IMG/VR virus record: IMGVR_UViG_3300014208_001439
Span: 1-29,581 of that record
DNA length: 29,581 bases
Direction: 5' to 3' (one strand)
Source of the DNA: a virus
Lineage: Duplodnaviria; Caudoviricetes
In this document: in pieces, positions 26,004 through 29,581 of the stretch
Layout of the letters: each line of letters starts with the position of its first letter
Position numbering within the stretch: the first letter of the stretch is position 1
Made by a program: the position numbers and the translations under genes
The notes under the pieces: model-generated
What the model was told of the DNA's origin: nothing
Databases searched by the model: none
The model's input: only the letters and a program-made list of their open reading frames with translations

Positions 26004-26312
26004 CTATTTATTTTGTTCTGTCAAATTATGCCTGAAAGCTTTATGGATATGGATCCTCTTAATATTGCCTGCTGTGAACTCAAAGGTAATTGTCAATGCT
26101 CCTGTACTTTGAAAGTTTCTCTCTTTTGCTACTGCTTGCAAAGCAAATTCCACTGCTTCTTGATCTCCTGCGGTAGAGAAGTTTTTACTTGAGTGTTCGT
26201 TTCCAACTACATATTTAATTTGTCCATCGTGAACTCCCAAAACCATATCAAGCTGGCCAAACTTAGTGGATTTAGCGGCAAGATCGATGAGGCGTGTTAA
26301 TTTTTCAGGCAT
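26004..26312 (-). CDS. Protein with two DUF2292/YezD-like repeats
   Basis: Halves KFGQLDMVLGVHDGQIKYV and STGALTITFEFTAGNIKRI both fit a helix-G-beta-G-beta pattern resembling YezD (by eye). Start set at ATG 26312, 2 nt after the nuclease stop. Confidence 0.5.
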   Translation of the reverse strand: MPEKLTRLIDLAAKSTKFGQLDMVLGVHDGQIKYVVGNEHSSKNFSTAGDQEAVEFALQAVAKERNFQSTGALTITFEFTAGNIKRIHIHKAFRHNLTEQNK

Positions 26313-26314
26313 TT

Positions 26315-26959
26315 TTAATACCACCCATTGTGAAATAAATTATCTTCTGGAATATCTGATTTACGAGTTTCCTGGATTGGTGACTGGCAAATTTGGTACA
26401 TTTGCCATGCTATTGCCAAAGCCATCACTAGATCATCATGTGAGCCCTTTTCAGCTTGAGCTTTCCAGGCTGATGAGGTCTGAACTGTGATAAAACTAAA
26501 AAGCTCGGTGATTGTTGGTTTGTCGTAAATGTTAATTACCTGATGATCAATTGCATTTTTTAAGTCTTTTAACATGTTTGACCGAGTGCCAGTGTTGGTG
26601 TCCCAACCTAGCTTAATAGTGTCTTGGTTGTTTGTTGTACCAAAACCTTGCATCAAAAAAATGTCATATTTGTGTAGTCTATTAAGAGCGGCTAAGCGAT
26701 CCATTTCAAAAGCACCACCATTTTGTCTCTCAAAAGCCACAACTGGTCTCACTCCAGTTTGATCAAATATCTTTTCTAGCTCCTCATGAACCAATGGCGT
26801 CATGGCAGTTGCTATCTCTGGAGAATGGTAGACTGTTGGGATATCAAGTCGAGTCTTTGATAAAAACTGAGCTGCACAATAGTCTCCACCTCCGACCGAT
26901 GTATCAGCAGCAACTACGAAAAACTCACCTGGTCGATATTGGCGGTAGCGTCTAAACAT
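26315..26959 (-). CDS. terL: Terminase large subunit, nuclease domain (separate gene)
   Basis: VVAADTS, AFERQN and HDDLVMALAIA give the RNase H-fold acidic residues; own AAGGA ribosome-binding site. Confidence 0.88.
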   Translation of the reverse strand: MFRRYRQYRPGEFFVVAADTSVGGGDYCAAQFLSKTRLDIPTVYHSPEIATAMTPLVHEELEKIFDQTGVRPVVAFERQNGGAFEMDRLAALNRLHKYDIFLMQGFGTTNNQDTIKLGWDTNTGTRSNMLKDLKNAIDHQVINIYDKPTITELFSFITVQTSSAWKAQAEKGSHDDLVMALAIAWQMYQICQSPIQETRKSDIPEDNLFHNGWY

Positions 26960-27185
26960 TAGAGTCCTTTTTTTTAAAAACTGAGGTGATAACTAATGTG
27001 TTCCCACCATCAGATTCCTTTATGTATTGTTTAAAATCATAAGAGTCAATTATTTGCGTAGCTATTTTGTCAGCAATTTCTCTTAATTTTTCCGTTACCT
27101 TATCACTGATTTGAACTCTTCCAAATTCGTGATAGTAATTTTTGATTTCTTCTTGAATGGTTACATTGGATATGGTTTTAATCAT
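26952..27185 (-). CDS. Hypothetical protein between the two terminase halves
   Basis: 77 aa with its own AAGGA; overlaps both neighbours by 4 and 8 bp. Confidence 0.65.
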   Translation of the reverse strand: MIKTISNVTIQEEIKNYYHEFGRVQISDKVTEKLREIADKIATQIIDSYDFKQYIKESDGGNTLVITSVFKKKDSNV

Positions 27186-28018
27186 ATTATTTCCTTTACT
27201 CGAGCTTGGTAACCCCTAAGTGCTTCTTTATCAAAATATGGTTTTCCTGATGCAATGAAAGCCTCCTCTGGGGTCATGGGATATTCTTGAGGAAATTTAT
27301 CTTTAAGGTTCATTTTTTTCATCTCAAGAAACTCACGGGTGTACTCCCACTCTGGGCCATAAAATAAGGCGTTATATCCTCTCAGGCCCAAGATTGCTTC
27401 ATCCCAAAAAGTTTTAAATTCATTATATCCATTGGCGGTGGTTTCAAGAGTGACTATAGAGTCATTGACCATAGCTTCACCAACACCGGAGAGTAAGTCT
27501 TCAAGATGTTGAGCCTGGGATACTTCTGTGAGGTGTAAAAAAGTAATATCATCACCACGACCAAATGAGTCTGTTTTAGCGGTACCAATGCGGAGAGTAT
27601 TCATAAAAGGGCGCTTGGTAACTGAGTCAATGCTTTCAAAAACCATTTCTTTTTTTGAGTTATATTTCATTGGGATTTTGAACTCTTTATTTAGTCTGAT
27701 CGATTCTTTTATCTCGTAGGATTTGATGTAATGTTTTGCTCTTTCTAACTGCTTGCCCGAGGCTGTGGAGTCGAAAGACATGGAAACACACCGCTCATTT
27801 TGGCCAAAGATAAATTTGAGGGCTGCTACGCCAAGTAGAACAGAGGAAAAGCCCAGTTTGCGAGCTTTCAAGATGACGTTTCGTTCCTGAGCATGGGAGA
27901 GAAAATGCTCTTGGGCTGGGTGAAGAACAAAAGGAACCTCAATTTTATATTTATTGATAATCGTAAACTCGTTTTCAATAGCACGCTGGTAGCCTGAATA
28001 ATTAAAATTAAATGCCAT
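27182..28018 (-). CDS. terL: Terminase large subunit, ATPase domain (separate gene)
   Basis: LHPAQ (Q motif), LKARKLGFS (Walker A variant), FLHLTE (Walker B), LETTANG (coupling motif) and FPQEYP..PEEAF. Confidence 0.9.
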   Translation of the reverse strand: MAFNFNYSGYQRAIENEFTIINKYKIEVPFVLHPAQEHFLSHAQERNVILKARKLGFSSVLLGVAALKFIFGQNERCVSMSFDSTASGKQLERAKHYIKSYEIKESIRLNKEFKIPMKYNSKKEMVFESIDSVTKRPFMNTLRIGTAKTDSFGRGDDITFLHLTEVSQAQHLEDLLSGVGEAMVNDSIVTLETTANGYNEFKTFWDEAILGLRGYNALFYGPEWEYTREFLEMKKMNLKDKFPQEYPMTPEEAFIASGKPYFDKEALRGYQARVKEII

Positions 28019-28433
28019 AATCTTTTTTCTTCTCTCCGATTACATTTTGGATGCCAACCTGAATGGGAGAATGGTTTGGTGGGGAGTCTTCTGAAACATC
28101 ACGACCGGCAATTTTTTGCATCGCCTTCCAATAACGAAAATCTTTATCAGCCATCTTGAGGCCGATGTTATCTAGCTTCTGGCGAACGATGACAAATAGG
28201 CGCTGGCGCTCTTGTTCATACCATTCAAGAAATTCTGGTCTTTTTAGCCACATATACCAGTTATTTCTATTTACTTTGCACTCAGTAGCTATCTCGGTTA
28301 TATTGTCACTCATTAAATTAACTGATGCTCCAGCCCAAAGTCGCATAGCTGCAGTTGCTCTAAAAGGCTTAGGGGTTGCTAAGGATTTTTGCGAAGATTT
28401 GTGAGTGGTGGTAGCTAGTGATTTTTTCTTCAT
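28008..28433 (-). CDS. terS: Terminase small subunit (HTH)
   Basis: ITEIATECKVNRNNWYMWLKRPEF is an HTH segment; immediately upstream of the TerL ATPase gene. Confidence 0.75.
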   Translation of the reverse strand: MKKKSLATTTHKSSQKSLATPKPFRATAAMRLWAGASVNLMSDNITEIATECKVNRNNWYMWLKRPEFLEWYEQERQRLFVIVRQKLDNIGLKMADKDFRYWKAMQKIAGRDVSEDSPPNHSPIQVGIQNVIGEKKKDYGI

Positions 28434-28684
28434 TTTTTATCTTGTGGTGTGTAGGTTTCAGTTAACTCAAACTCATTTGTTTCGTGGTTTATCCCTGGCT
28501 CTTGTGTTGGTGTCCAAGTAGGTACAATCTCTATTTTGGGTTTTTCTTCTTTATCATGATCAACTAGTTCGTTGAGTCCGATTAACCCACTGACTAATGC
28601 AGTAAAGACAGCGATAGTGTTAGCAATTCGTAGTTTTTGTTTTTGTTCTGGGTTCATGGGCGGGCTTTCATTGTTATTAATCAT
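28430..28684 (-). CDS. Small single-TM protein
   Basis: One hydrophobic helix; overlaps both neighbours. Confidence 0.6.
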   Translation of the reverse strand: MINNNESPPMNPEQKQKLRIANTIAVFTALVSGLIGLNELVDHDKEEKPKIEIVPTWTPTQEPGINHETNEFELTETYTPQDKK

Positions 28685-28856
28685 TTTTCTTGAATTTGAT
28701 AATATTGCTTCTGACTTTCATACACCCAAAGCAAATCTGAGTAAGTCCATCATGGAACGTGCTATAAATTGCCTGTTGTATATGCTTGCCTTCACAATTT
28801 TTGATGTGTTCTCTAACTTCTTCTTGGGTGGGTAAATATTCATATTCAAACTTCAT
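28677..28856 (-). CDS. Small Cys/His-containing protein
   Basis: MKFEY...HIKNCEGKH...CFGC; start 28856 forms an ATGA overlap with the upstream stop. Confidence 0.6.
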   Translation of the reverse strand: MKFEYEYLPTQEEVREHIKNCEGKHIQQAIYSTFHDGLTQICFGCMKVRSNIIKFKKND

Positions 28857-29581
28857 TTTGCCTCCACTTCTTTTAATACTTTGAGTTGGCTTGTTCTTAC
28901 CTTGCCGTCGCAATCCTGGCACACTACGATAGATTTAATCGGTACTTCACACTCTAGTAGGGCGTAATCATCCCAACTATTACCATAAGCGATAGCCCAG
29001 TCTTTAGTGGCAATATGTAGACCAACGGCACAGCTTCCTAATGATTTAGGGGAATTTTCGTGCTTATAGGTTTTTCCTATTTCATACTCAAAACTACTGA
29101 CATAATCTGAAAAATATTTACCATTTCTCTTATGAACCGCTTTGTAGAGAATGGCTTTGGTGCCTTTAATCTTAACTGGATAGCGTTTAGAAAAATCTGC
29201 AAATGTGGCTTTGAAAGTAGGTACTACGATCAAATTGGACTCTTTGTTCATTACTAGGGTTAAGTTTTTCTTATTTTCCTGGCTTGTACGAACGATGTTG
29301 TAACCATGACAGATGATTTTATTTAATCCATAAGCAGACACCATGGCTTCGCCATAAAGGTCTTGGACTACTGAGTTTTCCCACATGCGTTGGACTACTG
29401 AGTTTCCCCTCATGTCTTGGACTACTGAGTTTCCCCACATGCGTTGGACTACTGAGTTTTCCCACATGCGTTGGACTACTGAGTTTCCCCTCATGTCTTG
29501 GACTACTGAGTTTCCCCACATGTCTTGGACTACTGAGTTTCCCCTCATGTCTTGGACTACTGAGTTTCCCCACATGCGTTG
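28853..29581 (-). CDS. 9-aa-repeat protein with C-terminal DUF7666-like domain, 5'-truncated by the window edge
   Basis: (W/R)(G/E)NSVVQ(D/R)M repeats followed by LYKAV..FEYEIGK..CAVGLH..LLECEV..DGKVR. Confidence 0.75.
   Translation of the reverse strand, partial: QRMWGNSVVQDMRGNSVVQDMWGNSVVQDMRGNSVVQRMWENSVVQRMWGNSVVQDMRGNSVVQRMWENSVVQDLYGEAMVSAYGLNKIICHGYNIVRTSQENKKNLTLVMNKESNLIVVPTFKATFADFSKRYPVKIKGTKAILYKAVHKRNGKYFSDYVSSFEYEIGKTYKHENSPKSLGSCAVGLHIATKDWAIAYGNSWDDYALLECEVPIKSIVVCQDCDGKVRTSQLKVLKEVEAK
29360..29581. repeat. 27-bp coding tandem repeat, at least 8 copies
   Basis: Invariant core TTGGACTACTGAGTTT at 29363, 29390, 29417, 29444, 29471, 29498, 29525 and 29552; continues off the edge. 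Confidence 0.97.

Larger units (their letters stand above)
1681..29581. mobile_element. Integrated temperate prophage, podovirus-like; right end outside the window
   Basis: Integrase, lysis genes, adaptor/nozzle, ejection proteins, capsid, scaffold, portal and terminase occur in syntenic order. No tape measure, tail tube or sheath gene was seen. Confidence 0.93.

Noticed and set aside
26961-26980. Slippery A-AAA-AAG frameshift joining the insert ORF to the terminase nuclease
   Set aside because: A -1 shift meets TAA within three codons. The nuclease is in the +1 frame and has its own AAGGA.
1080-28835. Numerous short ORFs antisense to or nested in real genes (e.g. 1080-1367, 1984-2355, 11104-11418, 15132-15596, 22930-23250) and 3554-3772
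   Set aside because: Shadow ORFs with no recognisable motifs, overlapping well-supported genes or the structured non-coding region.
29360-29581. Possible CRISPR array
   Set aside because: The 11-nt intervening segments are near-identical, the 27-bp period is in frame within a CDS, and no cas genes are present.
1-29581. Stop-codon reassignment
   Set aside because: Genes are full length and tightly packed under code 11, and TGA, TAG and TAA all end genes; the terminase split is not a single in-frame stop.

Overview
The window holds about 1.6 kb of host DNA (an M48/YgjP-type peptidase and a membrane protein) followed by the left ~28 kb of an integrated temperate podovirus-type prophage that runs off the right edge. 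The prophage boundary is a displaced tRNA 3'-end fragment (att core, ~1665-1680) next to a tyrosine integrase. The minus strand carries, in transcription order: a 9-aa-repeat protein, TerS, a TerL split into separate ATPase and nuclease genes, a tandem DUF2292/YezD-like protein, a non-canonical tRNA-Met(CAU), portal, scaffold, N4-gp56-type capsid, a glycosylation cassette (two glycosyltransferases and a GDP-mannose 3,5-epimerase-like enzyme), ejection proteins, adaptor, nozzle, fibre and LamG proteins, and a lysis module whose CHAP endolysin has a holin-like C-terminus. A two-gene moron lies on the opposite strand. The most unusual signal is regulatory. Three intrinsic terminators sit directly in front of morphogenesis modules, each overlapped by a mutually exclusive upstream hairpin. 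One is part of a ~250-nt switch-like leader RNA, and another directly follows the DUF2292-like gene, suggesting an undescribed antitermination system. A second large structured non-coding region lies between the integrase and lysis genes. A Patescibacteria/CPR host is only a guess from gene style. All calls and RNA folds are by eye; no searches or folding programs were run.
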